Shown here piece after piece: positions 18,912-28,048 of a stretch of DNA of 60,014 bases. Under the pieces are notes generated by a model that saw only the letters and a program-made list of their open reading frames with translations, was not told the DNA's origin and made no database searches. The stretch spans positions 74,285 to 134,298 of the forward strand of contig CAZJTP010000001.1 in NCBI GenBank assembly GCA_964548955.1, written 5' to 3'. The stretch's first letter is position 1. Each line of letters opens with the position of its first letter. The DNA is from an uncultured Phycisphaeraceae bacterium. GTDB taxonomy: Bacteria; Planctomycetota; Phycisphaerae; UBA1845. The position numbers were made by a program, and so were the translations under genes.

Positions 18912-19448
18912 ATGCGTACGCGGCTGATGGCGATGCGGATGGTCATTCTCGCGCTCGCAGTCGTAGTGTGCAGTTGTGAGAAGAAGTTCGACGATCGTTC
19001 CTCAGAGGTACCCAAAGTGAAGATGACGCTCGAACTGACGGGGACCGGCCTGTGCAAGCCGACGACATTCACATATGAGCAACTGGCCGATATGCCGATG
19101 AAACGGCTCGACAATGTACTCATGCGCAAAACACACTACGACAACGAAACAACGAGTTGGGAGGGACCGGCGCTGGAACCGCTTCTTGCCGCCGCCGAGA
19201 TCAAACCGGGTCCCATGAAGGTGACGCTTGTGGCGGAGGACGGCTACGAGATCGAAGCTACGCTCGACGACATGAAAGACGCGGTTGTGGCCATGAAGAA
19301 TGGTCAGGGTCGGTGGATTGTCCGCACGGATGAGGACTGTGAGTGGAAGCTCGTACCGCCGCACAAGCCGGGCAATTTCTGGATCATGAACCTCTCACGC
19401 ATCAAGGTTGAGCCGGCGGCGGAAACGCCGAACCGTAGGAATGACTGA
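18912..19448 (+). CDS. lipoprotein, possibly molybdopterin-oxidoreductase-fold-like domain
   Basis: Signal + lipobox-like MRMVILALAVVVCSC. Pattern FTYEQLADMP...TSWEGPALEPLLAAAEIKPG...VAEDGYE...IKVE resembles the Oxidored_molyb domain layout (low confidence). AAGGTGG lies upstream of the ATG. Confidence 0.6.
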   Translation: MRTRLMAMRMVILALAVVVCSCEKKFDDRSSEVPKVKMTLELTGTGLCKPTTFTYEQLADMPMKRLDNVLMRKTHYDNETTSWEGPALEPLLAAAEIKPGPMKVTLVAEDGYEIEATLDDMKDAVVAMKNGQGRWIVRTDEDCEWKLVPPHKPGNFWIMNLSRIKVEPAAETPNRRND

Positions 19449-20022
19449 GCGGCGTCACACTTTTTTCTCCCTGCACGAGCTACTGATCATGGCGGCGCTG
19501 GCTGCGCTGGGTGGCGTATCCGGCAGCGCGGTAAGCCTTGTCGGCGCGGCCGTGCACGCGGCGATCGGACTGCCTGGCGGCTTGCAGTTTATGGCCGGCA
19601 TCCACGTTTTGTGGCTGATCCTCGCGGCGGGACTGATCCGTAAACCGGGAGCGGCCACTATGACCGGGCTGCTCAAGGGCGTCGTGGAGCTGCTTTCCGG
19701 CAACCCACACGGATTGATCGCGGTTCTGATGAGCGCCTTGGCCGGGCTGACGGTTGATCTGGTCTGGGTCTTGGCAGGACGGCGCGAACGCGTGGCACTC
19801 TTCGTTCTGGCCGGTGGGATGGGGGCGGCAAGTAACATCTTGATATTCAAGCTGGTTTTCTCACTACCCTCGCACCGCGTTGTGAACCTGGGACTGGCGG
19901 TTGTAACCGGAGTCGCGTTTCTCAGCGGAGCGCTGCTCGCTGGGGTGCTGGGGTGGTCGTTGATTCACGCTCTGCGCCGCGCCGGTGTTGTGGGGGCGCA
20001 AGGACCGTCACTACATGAATAA
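19441..20022 (+). CDS. ECF-transporter S-component-like integral membrane protein
   Basis: About 6 hydrophobic segments in ~190 aa with Gly/Ala-rich helices. The start overlaps the upstream stop (ATGACTGA) and the stop overlaps the next start (ATGAATAA). Confidence 0.6.
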   Translation: MTERRHTFFSLHELLIMAALAALGGVSGSAVSLVGAAVHAAIGLPGGLQFMAGIHVLWLILAAGLIRKPGAATMTGLLKGVVELLSGNPHGLIAVLMSALAGLTVDLVWVLAGRRERVALFVLAGGMGAASNILIFKLVFSLPSHRVVNLGLAVVTGVAFLSGALLAGVLGWSLIHALRRAGVVGAQGPSLHE

Positions 20023-20854
20023 GAGATTACTGCTGGCGGGGATCATCGGCGTTCCGATCGGGATGGTTCTCATGACCGGGCTTGCGGGTGTCCTGCCGCT
20101 TTTCGTACATCTACCGGGAGGTGGTGAGCGCTGCAGCAAGTGCCACGATCTTCACGGCGGCGTGCACTTCGAGGGGCTCAAGACGGATGGGTGGATTCAC
20201 CTGACCGGTGACGTTCCCCGCCACGCGTGGATCGAGACGGCCAAGCTTTTCCATGACCATCAGATTGACGGTCTACCCGGCGTGACGTTGCTTGACCTGC
20301 TGGCGGAGTACGGTTGCCGAGAGTTTCACCACATCGTTTTCATCTCCGCCGACGGTGGCCATGTTTCCATTGACTCAGGCGACCTGACCCGGTCCGCCCG
20401 ATTGCTTCCGTATCTAAACGCCGCTCGATTCGCCGATGAGCGGTTGCACTCGTCAGCCTGGCTTCGGGCGATCGTTGAGATTTGCGTGGTCGCGGATGAA
20501 CCGACCTTCGAGCTGAACGGGCGGCGAATCACCTTCGGGGCGCTCCTGGCCGGTGCTCGAACCACCGTCGTGACCGAACCGGCCCGCGTTTCCCAGAAGG
20601 AGGAATCGACCGGCCGGATGTATCGCAACGTTGCATCCCGCCTCGTCATCGGCGTACGCCTGGGTCGATTGATCGAGCCTTCCTGCAATCAAGTCATTGT
20701 CACCGCAGGCGGGCAAACGCAGTCCTTCAACACCGACGACGTGCGTGACGCCGTCATAGCCCGCGACGAGGATACCGGAGACGTCATCCTGGTCTTGCCA
20801 GAGAAAAGCCGCCATGAGTGGCCGGTTGGCGTGACAGCCATTACGTGGCAGTAA
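20015..20854 (+). CDS. membrane-anchored protein with a single CXXCH motif and an Oxidored_molyb-like region
   Basis: N-terminal TM LLLAGIIGVPIGMVLMTGLAGVL, then GGGERCSKCHDLHGG (CXXCH). Later block IDGLPGVTLLDLLAEYGC...FISADGGH is similar in pattern to the 18912 protein. Confidence 0.6.
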   Translation: MNKRLLLAGIIGVPIGMVLMTGLAGVLPLFVHLPGGGERCSKCHDLHGGVHFEGLKTDGWIHLTGDVPRHAWIETAKLFHDHQIDGLPGVTLLDLLAEYGCREFHHIVFISADGGHVSIDSGDLTRSARLLPYLNAARFADERLHSSAWLRAIVEICVVADEPTFELNGRRITFGALLAGARTTVVTEPARVSQKEESTGRMYRNVASRLVIGVRLGRLIEPSCNQVIVTAGGQTQSFNTDDVRDAVIARDEDTGDVILVLPEKSRHEWPVGVTAITWQ

Positions 20855-20933
20855 CCAATTGGATCTGGAACAATCACGAGGTCGCCGTGTCGCGCGGTCA
20901 GGCATGAGGATCCCACGCATTCTCCTGCGTCGA

Positions 20934-22391
20934 TCATTGCTCCCTGCGATACAGAAACCAATTCCAGCCGGACAGCCTGGCGTACCGGTAGCTTCGCGTC
21001 AGCGAATACGCATGCCCGAACAAATCCGTGACCGCGCCGGGCGGCAAGACGTCCCTGGCCCAGTTGTGGAGAATGAGCCAATCCGGCCCCTCCTGTGGCC
21101 ACATGCTTTTGTCGTAATACGTGATTCGCTTGATACCGCCAAAACGTGGTGCGTAGTAGTCCAAGATCGTCTTGTTGCGGAAATCGTGGTCGCTTCCAAT
21201 GGTCACCACGTTGCCCGGTGTGTTCTCGACCATATACGTCAACGCGTCAACGTAGTGCCCGCGCCCGTGCTTGAGCAGATCGGCGGTATATACGCCGCCG
21301 CCCGACATGATCGCCAACATCACCGCGACGTAGACAACCCTGCCAACAGGGCCGCACCGGTAAAGGCTCGCAAGCAAACGGCTGAGCAAAAGAACAAGGA
21401 ACGCCACGCTTATGAGGAAATATCGCACGTACAAAAGCTGCGGCGGTCTGATAAGAAGCAGTAAGCCTGGTGACAGAACGATGACAACAGCGAAGAACAC
21501 CGTGGAGTCCGACCGATCGCGGGCCAGCATCAACAGACCAAAAACGATAATCACCAGCACCGCCCCAGCGGCTGCAACAGCCATTGGACCCGTCTCAGGG
21601 GCACCCAATGTAAGGGCGGCGGTTCTGACCACGACACCAAGCGCCGAAAAGACCGGCCCGCCGCTTATGACAATGTGCCGAACGTGCACAAAATACAGAG
21701 CGATGACAAAACCGATCGGAACCGCATGGCAGCGAACGACGTTTAGAGCTACTTGCGACCAACGCCGACTCGTCTTGACGAACCGAACCAGCGACCAGAC
21801 AAGCAGGGCAATGTAAACGTGCACGAAAATCAAATGCGACAGAAATCCCAAGACCACCATGAGCCAAAACAAGACCGGCGCCCACCGATGTCCCTCCAGG
21901 CAGCGCCGCATCATAAGAAACGACAACAGCGCAAACGGCACGACCAACGCGTACCCCCTGGCTTCGGAGGAATAGTGGATCATCAGGTAAGATGAGCCGG
22001 TCAAGAGGACCGCCGTCAATGCTTCAAGCCGAGCCCATCGCCGGGCGATGAGAGACGAGCAGATCACAGCCACGGTCCCAGCCGCAATCGCGGGGATGCG
22101 ATAGATCATCCAGTTCTCCCGATCTCCGAGAAAATACAGGAGGAGGGTATTGAGGATGTGGTTATTGTCGTGATGGATTTGCGTGAGGATTTCCACCGGC
22201 GATAAGACGCTGCTTGCGAAGTGCAACGACCAGATCTCGTCAAGCCAGAGATCGCCGGCGCTCGCCCGGAACCGCACAACCGCAGCCGCAATGACGATGA
22301 GCGTTAAAGCAATGCCCAAGGCCGGGCTGCCGCTGCGAGTATCGGCCTCGCTGGATTTGCCTTCATCTGACACGCAGCCCGTTGCCTTCAC
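20934..22391 (-). CDS. membrane glycosyltransferase, GT39/ArnT-PMT-like
   Basis: 485 aa and polytopic. N-terminal loop GDLWLDEIWSLHFA (acidic DE motif typical of GT-C/GT39 enzymes), with a soluble C-terminal domain. Confidence 0.7.
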   Translation of the reverse strand: MKATGCVSDEGKSSEADTRSGSPALGIALTLIVIAAAVVRFRASAGDLWLDEIWSLHFASSVLSPVEILTQIHHDNNHILNTLLLYFLGDRENWMIYRIPAIAAGTVAVICSSLIARRWARLEALTAVLLTGSSYLMIHYSSEARGYALVVPFALLSFLMMRRCLEGHRWAPVLFWLMVVLGFLSHLIFVHVYIALLVWSLVRFVKTSRRWSQVALNVVRCHAVPIGFVIALYFVHVRHIVISGGPVFSALGVVVRTAALTLGAPETGPMAVAAAGAVLVIIVFGLLMLARDRSDSTVFFAVVIVLSPGLLLLIRPPQLLYVRYFLISVAFLVLLLSRLLASLYRCGPVGRVVYVAVMLAIMSGGGVYTADLLKHGRGHYVDALTYMVENTPGNVVTIGSDHDFRNKTILDYYAPRFGGIKRITYYDKSMWPQEGPDWLILHNWARDVLPPGAVTDLFGHAYSLTRSYRYARLSGWNWFLYRREQ

Positions 22392-22489
22392 GTTTACTCC
22401 CGTACCTTCAATCCCGGTGAGATTCCTCCCCAGTTTCCTTCCGGCCGCGCCAGCGCGTCAAGCCCGGAGCGGCGATACAATCCCCGATC

Positions 22490-24073
22490 ATGATTTTGTT
22501 CGACCGGTTCGGTTGGCGGTTTGCCGGTGCGGCGACCTGGGCCTTGCGTAACATATCCCTGTGTATCGACCGGGGCGAGTTCATCACGGTCGCCGGTCCA
22601 AGCGGGTCCGGGAAGACGACTCTGGCCCAGGCGATGTGTGGGCTCCTCAGTGGACGGCAGGCCGGCGTTTGCGAGGGTAGCGTTCTCGTGGCAGGCCGGG
22701 ATGTCGCCGACACTCCGCTGCATAAGACCGCCGAGACAATCGGACTGGTCCAGCAGAATCCGGAGACACACTTCGCAACGCTCACCGTCTCCGATGAAGT
22801 CGCCTTCGGGATGGAGAACCGCTGTCTGCAGCGTGAGGAAATCCGCAAGCGCAGCCGTGAGGCGATGGAATTGCTGTCGATCACCAGCCTGCGCGACCGG
22901 AGCCTGTCGACGCTGTCGGGAGGCGAAAAGCAGCGTGTGGCCGTCGCCTCCATAATCGCCGGACAACCCGACGTATTAGTCCTCGATGAGCCGACAGCCA
23001 GCCTCGATCCGGAGGCATCCCGTGATTTATTTCACTCGTTGTCCAAGCTGTGCCGCAAGGCGGGGCTTACGGTGGTGATCATCGAGCACAAGCTGGCCCA
23101 ACTGCTGCCGCTTTCGCCGCGCCTGATCCACCTGGAAGGTGGGCAAGTGAAGGCGGATGTTCCCAGCGGCGGCGTTGAACGTGCATCTTATGCACGACTG
23201 ACAGGTTCCATGACCGTGCGAGATGAGCGACTCGTCGCCGTCGCAACCCCGGCTCCGGGCGATCCTCTGGTGGACATGTCGCATGTCACGGTGGAGCTAG
23301 GTGGAGAGACAATCCTGGATGACGTCTCGCTGCAGGTGCGCGCTGGCGACGTGGTGGCCTTGCTGGGGCCCAACGGGGGCGGCAAATCGACGCTGCTGAA
23401 CTCTCTGTTGGGATTGGTCCAGCCCGCGTGCGGGTCGATCCAGGTATGTGACATTACTGTGTCACTCTCTATGGTTTCCCAATTGGCCGGGCAGGTCGGT
23501 CTGGTCTTTCAAAATGCCGATCATCAACTTGTCGCCGACACGGTCTGGGACGAGGCCCTCTTCGCCGGTCGGAACCTCAAGATGTTGAAACCAAGTGGGG
23601 AGCACAAGGCGACCGGCCTGCTCGAACGAGCCGGGCTGCACGAGCGGAAGATGGACCATCCGTACCGTTTGAGCTGGGGTCAAAAGCGAAGGCTCAATCT
23701 GATCTCAGCCATTCTGCACCGGCCGCGGCTGTTGTTGCTGGATGAACCGTTTGCCGGACAGGACTGGGAGAATGTCACGTTCTTGCTTGACGCGATTCGG
23801 GGCGTGCTGGACGGTATGCCGCAGCGACCGGCGGCGCCGGGTTGCACCGCCGATCGTGAGCAGTGTGCACGTTCACGTCAGCAACGCGGCGCGTGTCTGA
23901 TGGTCACGCACGATCCGCGAATCGTACTGCAAAATTGCACGCGCGTGCTGTTCATCTCGGATGGGCGAGTGACGGTGGATGCCCCCGTGCCGGCGGCTTT
24001 CGACCGCCTGCTTACGATGGGACACGAAGCATACGTGCCGGAGGGCAGCTCCAAGCCGTCAGCCTGGTCATGA
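22490..24073 (+). CDS. fused double ATP-binding-cassette protein (ECF/CbiO-type A-A')
   Basis: Two NBDs: GPSGSGKTT...LSGGEKQRVAVA...VLDEPT and GPNGGGKST...LSWGQKRRLNL...LLDEPF. Confidence 0.9.
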   Translation: MILFDRFGWRFAGAATWALRNISLCIDRGEFITVAGPSGSGKTTLAQAMCGLLSGRQAGVCEGSVLVAGRDVADTPLHKTAETIGLVQQNPETHFATLTVSDEVAFGMENRCLQREEIRKRSREAMELLSITSLRDRSLSTLSGGEKQRVAVASIIAGQPDVLVLDEPTASLDPEASRDLFHSLSKLCRKAGLTVVIIEHKLAQLLPLSPRLIHLEGGQVKADVPSGGVERASYARLTGSMTVRDERLVAVATPAPGDPLVDMSHVTVELGGETILDDVSLQVRAGDVVALLGPNGGGKSTLLNSLLGLVQPACGSIQVCDITVSLSMVSQLAGQVGLVFQNADHQLVADTVWDEALFAGRNLKMLKPSGEHKATGLLERAGLHERKMDHPYRLSWGQKRRLNLISAILHRPRLLLLDEPFAGQDWENVTFLLDAIRGVLDGMPQRPAAPGCTADREQCARSRQQRGACLMVTHDPRIVLQNCTRVLFISDGRVTVDAPVPAAFDRLLTMGHEAYVPEGSSKPSAWS

Positions 24074-24840
24074 GATTCCAGCCCGGTCAATCGATAATCC
24101 ATCGTCTCCACCCGGTGGTCAAACTGGCCTGGTTGTTGTGGGTAACGGTAGCCGTGTTCGTTTTCAATCCCACGATGGCCGATTGGCCTGCCTTTAACGC
24201 AGCGATCCTGCCGCTGATCGTCGCGGGGTGCGCCGCCGTGCTCTTGTGGCTGGCCGGGGTCGCGCCTTGGCGCATTCCCGGAATCCGTCTCTGGATGACG
24301 CTGGGTACGGCGATCCTCGTGCTTCACGTTCTTTCGACCCGCCAGGGTGATCCGGTGCTCGGTCCGGTGACAACGGTGGGACTTGCCGCGGGGCTTCGGG
24401 CGATGGGCCGGCTGCTGGCCGTCATCCTCGCAAGCGCCCTATTCGTGATGACGACCGATCCGGTGTCTCTGGCCTGTGCGCTGATGCGTGTTGGATTGCC
24501 CTATCGCTGGGGGTTTGCCCTAGTTACGTCGTTGCGATTGGCCCCCATTTTTCGATTGGAAGCCCACCATATTTACCAGGCCCAGTTGGTGCGCGGCGTC
24601 GCGTACGACACGGCCGGACCACGCCGCTGGTGGTTGATGCTGCGGCACCTCTGTTTTCCGCTTGTGGTCTCAGCCATGCGAACCGCCCATTCGCTGTCGT
24701 TGTCGATGGAGGGCCGTGCATTCGGCCTGCACCGGCAACGAACCTACATGCGTGAGGTGGCGGTCAATCGCCGTGACGTTGTGGCCGGCACACTGCTGGT
24801 TGTATCAGTGCTGTTGGTGGTGTGGCACGGATTTACATAG
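24070..24840 (+). CDS. ecfT: energy-coupling factor transporter transmembrane (T) component, CbiQ/EcfT family
   Basis: Start MRFQPGQSIIHRLHPVVKLAWLL is typical of CbiQ/EcfT. ATGA start/stop overlap with the ATPase gene. 5-6 TM segments. Confidence 0.85.
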   Translation: MRFQPGQSIIHRLHPVVKLAWLLWVTVAVFVFNPTMADWPAFNAAILPLIVAGCAAVLLWLAGVAPWRIPGIRLWMTLGTAILVLHVLSTRQGDPVLGPVTTVGLAAGLRAMGRLLAVILASALFVMTTDPVSLACALMRVGLPYRWGFALVTSLRLAPIFRLEAHHIYQAQLVRGVAYDTAGPRRWWLMLRHLCFPLVVSAMRTAHSLSLSMEGRAFGLHRQRTYMREVAVNRRDVVAGTLLVVSVLLVVWHGFT

Positions 24841-24969
24841 TGTTGACCGACGCCGACGGCAAGTCCTAGATACGGATGATGTGAGTACAGACCGGCGCCA
24901 ATAGGTCGGGCTTTGCCCGAAATTCCACTCCCGCGTCGGGCCGAGCCCGACCTATCCGGCTCAATCAGA

Positions 24970-25067
24970 AGAACCGCGACTGTCAAGGAGCGGCGGGTGG
25001 CATGGGCAAGCGGCAGCTTGCCCGTGGTGATTCCCAAACACGGGCAAACAAGTTTGCCTATGCCACC
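24970..25067. repeat. 98-bp nested-hairpin repeat, copy 1
   Basis: Nearly identical to 25146..25244. The outer 14-bp stem GGTGGCATGGGCAA/TTGCCTATGCCACC (one mismatch in this copy) encloses an inner 9-bp stem TTGCCCGTG/CACGGGCAA. Confidence 0.85.
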
Positions 25068-25145
25068 CCAGACAGGTAGCTCGGGCTTTACCCGACGGAA
25101 GGTCTCCGCCGATCTCCGGCCGGCGCCGACCTGCTCGACGCGAAC

Positions 25146-25244
25146 AGAACCGCGACTGTCAAGGAGCGGCGGGTGGCATGGGCAAGCGGCAGCTTGCCCG
25201 TGGTGATTCCTGAAACACGGGCAAACAAGTTTGCCCATGCCACC
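25146..25244. repeat. 99-bp nested-hairpin repeat, copy 2
   Basis: Direct repeat of 24970..25067, differing by about 3 substitutions/indels. The outer stem GGTGGCATGGGCAA/TTGCCCATGCCACC is perfect here. Confidence 0.85.
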
Positions 25245-25297
25245 ACAAATGGGATGCACTTCTGCACCAACGGGCCCGTGACAGAAACGGCGGGGCT

Positions 25298-25536
25298 AAA
25301 CGCCGCTTCAGCGGCGTTTCCCGCAGGGTTTCAGGCCAGCCGTTTTACGGCTGGTCCGCGAGCTCCCATGTCTCGCCTTCCTCACCGAGCCCGCTTCAGC
25401 GGGCTTACCGGCGCCATGGGAAAGCGCGTTGAAACGCGCTGCATAGATGAAAAAGAAGATTCCACGAACTGACCGGCCCTCGAAGAGCCGGCCTGAGAGC
25501 CCGCCTCCGGCGGGAAATCCTCGTGAACGGGGATTC
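25298..25536. repeat. array of about seven different short GC-rich hairpins
   Basis: Hairpins read by eye: AAACGCCGC-ttca-GCGGCGTTT (25298-25319), GGCCAGCCG-tttta-CGGCTGGTCC (25334-25357) and AGCCCGC-ttca-GCGGGCT (25388-25405). Also AGCGCGTT/AACGCGCT (25423-25440), CCGGC..GCCGG (25473-25491), CCCGCC-tcc-GGCGGG (25500-25514) and an imperfect one at 25516-25536. Confidence 0.7.
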
Positions 25537-25978
25537 GCAGACTGGCGCTGCTTCGTCGACAGCCGAACTTCCCACTAAACTGTCACAGACCCTGCACCAA
25601 CGGAGCAGGTACACCGGCGTTGCAGCGGCCGCCACTCCATGCTATGCTCCCTGCACGTTATCTGACGGCGCCTGACCAAGCCATTTTACTGGCGCGAGTT
25701 TGACCTGTGCAGCAGAGCCCCTGTAATCCGGACACGGCCGGTCTCAAATGGTGTTTGAGAAGCTCTCGGGTCTCAAACACCAACAAGGCTGAAGGCGGAA
25801 GGATGAAGGATGAAGAGAAGCGGATGCCCAGGTTTCATCCTTCAGCGTTGCGGAGCACGCCTCCGGCAGACGATCCAGAGGCGTGTTATACTTGTAGGAA
25901 ATCAAAGTTCCTCATGTTCAGCGGACCAAGCGTGCTATTGTTGGGTTGCCATGAGGTGATTTCAACTTGGTGTTCACG

Positions 25979-26545
25979 ATGAACCTCATATGCGGTAGCT
26001 GCGGCAAAAAGCTCAAGGCAAAGGATGAACTCGCTGGCAAGACAGCAAAGTGCCCGAAGTGCGGTAACGCTATTGAGATTCCCAGAGCAGCTCCGAACAC
26101 GAAAATACCACCCGCTACCGAACGGCAAAAGGATTATGCGACGTCCTTGGGTATCGACTTCCCATCAGACATTGATCGCAAAGAGATCAGCCAGCTGATC
26201 GACACCGCAGTGCAGCAGCGCGATGAAAGACGATTCAAACAACTATCCGAGTTAAGTGATCGCGAGAGCGAAGCGTGGCGGGCAATGCGCGAAGAGGTAC
26301 TTGCAGAGATTGATGAGGAAGATTGCCGTCTGTCAAAGGCGCAGCAAGACCAAATGGTAGAGGAACTCGCGAATCGAAACCGAGGGGCGATCCTGATTTC
26401 TTTTGCTTTAGATGATGTGGTAGATTTCGAGGATTTGACAGGCGTACGATTTGAACTCTCTTTCTCTGAAGATCTGGACGAAAGCGAGATGCATTCCGTT
26501 TTAATGTGGATGGGTGCGGCAATGTTGCGCCGATCTCAAGAGTGA
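25979..26545 (+). CDS. hypothetical protein with N-terminal zinc-ribbon
   Basis: N-terminus MNLICGSCGKKLKAKDELAGKTAKCPKCGNAIEIP (CxxC...CxxC), followed by a charged helical region. Two hand-counted 60-nt samples are 50-52% G+C versus 63-67% in neighbouring genes. Confidence 0.6.
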   Translation: MNLICGSCGKKLKAKDELAGKTAKCPKCGNAIEIPRAAPNTKIPPATERQKDYATSLGIDFPSDIDRKEISQLIDTAVQQRDERRFKQLSELSDRESEAWRAMREEVLAEIDEEDCRLSKAQQDQMVEELANRNRGAILISFALDDVVDFEDLTGVRFELSFSEDLDESEMHSVLMWMGAAMLRRSQE

Positions 26546-26628
26546 CTGCAGAATCGCATGGCTGGCAGCCTAACAAGGCGATGCACCAGACGGCGCTTCG
26601 CACCGTAGCTCACCGCCAGGACGTTCGA

Positions 26629-26892
26629 ATGAAGATTGACCCAAAGATAATCACGCTCTACCGATACTTCGCGTACGCGGCTCACATGCGACGCCTGTTC
26701 CGTGACGAAGTGCGCGAAGGCTGGATGAAGATGATGGCGGTGCGCGCCCCGTCCTTCGGCTCAGGCGAAGGGTGGGGGAAGGACAGAAGAATCGGCCCAT
26801 CGACGGGTCTATCCGTCCCCCACACTTGCTTCGCAAGGATGAGACACCCGTTCGCAACTGCACGGGGAGCCGTTAGGGCGTATCCAACATGA
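26629..26892 (+). CDS. hypothetical small protein (weak)
   Basis: Begins MKIDPKIITLYRYFAYAAHMRRLFRDEVREGW. The stop overlaps the next start (ATGA at 26889). The C-terminal half looks low-quality. Confidence 0.3.
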   Translation: MKIDPKIITLYRYFAYAAHMRRLFRDEVREGWMKMMAVRAPSFGSGEGWGKDRRIGPSTGLSVPHTCFARMRHPFATARGAVRAYPT

Positions 26893-27566
26893 GCCAACCT
26901 CTCAAAGCAGTCTCCACGGGTGACGTCTCGCTCAAGATACTCCGCGACCTAAGCGAGGAGCTAGCACCCGAGATCGAGCTTGAGGTCGACGACCGCCAGA
27001 TCTTTATGCGATCGGCCGAACCCCCCTCATGGCTGACGTTGCTGGCTGAAGCGGACTGGTGGATCCAGGGCCTTGCGGCTTATGCCGCGTTGTACGTCGC
27101 TGAGATTGTGAAGGAAGCAGCGAAGGATACATGGGAAGGTCGAGCGAGGGCGGTCGCCGCGGTCAAGGCGACAGGCAACCGCCTATGGCACCTTGCAGAA
27201 GGCATCGCACGGCTTCGAGTCCAGATATCGCCGCGAACACGGATCGAGGTGGGACTACCGTTCCCGGACGAGCACTTCCCGGCGCGCCTCGAGTTTAACG
27301 TCAGCACCACCGAGGAGATTGCTCTTTACCTTGCCCTCTTCGTCCACCATCTCCCCGGGCTCGAGGCGCTCATCTCATCTCGGGCGATCGATGGTGATCA
27401 CTTAGCCGCTGGAATGTACCTCAAGCTACTCGCCGATGGGTCGCTTGAGGTTTCTTGGCAGGATGCCCACACGCTCGAAGTCCAGGAACATATTCTCCGG
27501 ATCGGGGATGCGGACTTACTTGATCGCTCGTACGTCGAGGGTTGCTCTTCGGACGAAGGCGGATAG
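26889..27566 (+). CDS. hypothetical protein
   Basis: 225-aa ORF with protein-like composition and one hydrophobic segment (WWIQGLAAYAALYVAEIV). No motif recognised. Confidence 0.55.
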   Translation: MSQPLKAVSTGDVSLKILRDLSEELAPEIELEVDDRQIFMRSAEPPSWLTLLAEADWWIQGLAAYAALYVAEIVKEAAKDTWEGRARAVAAVKATGNRLWHLAEGIARLRVQISPRTRIEVGLPFPDEHFPARLEFNVSTTEEIALYLALFVHHLPGLEALISSRAIDGDHLAAGMYLKLLADGSLEVSWQDAHTLEVQEHILRIGDADLLDRSYVEGCSSDEGG

Positions 27567-27599
27567 ACCTCACCGGAAGGCAAAGGGGTTAGGACGGGT

Positions 27600-27780
27600 G
27601 GTCCTTGTGCTTTGGACATGGGAGCCAGGTAGGGCAGGTCGTTGACCTGCCTCTACCATCTGGGTTGAAATGAATGTCATCGCCGTATGAAGGCGACGGC
27701 GAAGGCAGGTGAATCACCTGCCCTACGCGACTCTCCCTCAGGGGAGGCCGGGTGGCCCATGTCCTTTGGACATGGGGGAG
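27600..27780. repeat. cluster of REP-like palindromes
   Basis: Palindromes AGGGCAGGTC-gt-TGACCTGCCT (27631-27652), AGGCAGGTGAATCACCTGCCCT (27703-27724), CTCCC-tca-GGGAG and CCCATGTCC-tttg-GACATGGG (27756-27776). Confidence 0.65.
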
Positions 27781-28048
27781 ACGATGAGATACGCTGGGAC
27801 GATGACATACGCTCGGTTTGGCAGCCCATCTGGTCCGCACAGCGGACCGTACAAAAATGGTGATGCTATCCGCGACGATCATCGCCTCCCCCACCTCCAG
27901 AGGAGGCGGGTCACCCAGCCCAAAGACCAAGGATGAAGGATGGGGGATGAAGGATGAATCGGAGACCCTTGAATCACAGGGCCACACGGCAGTTCCGCAT
28001 GTCTTGCGGATCAGTATAATCATTGTTTTGTGGGGATAGTCAGCGGAG

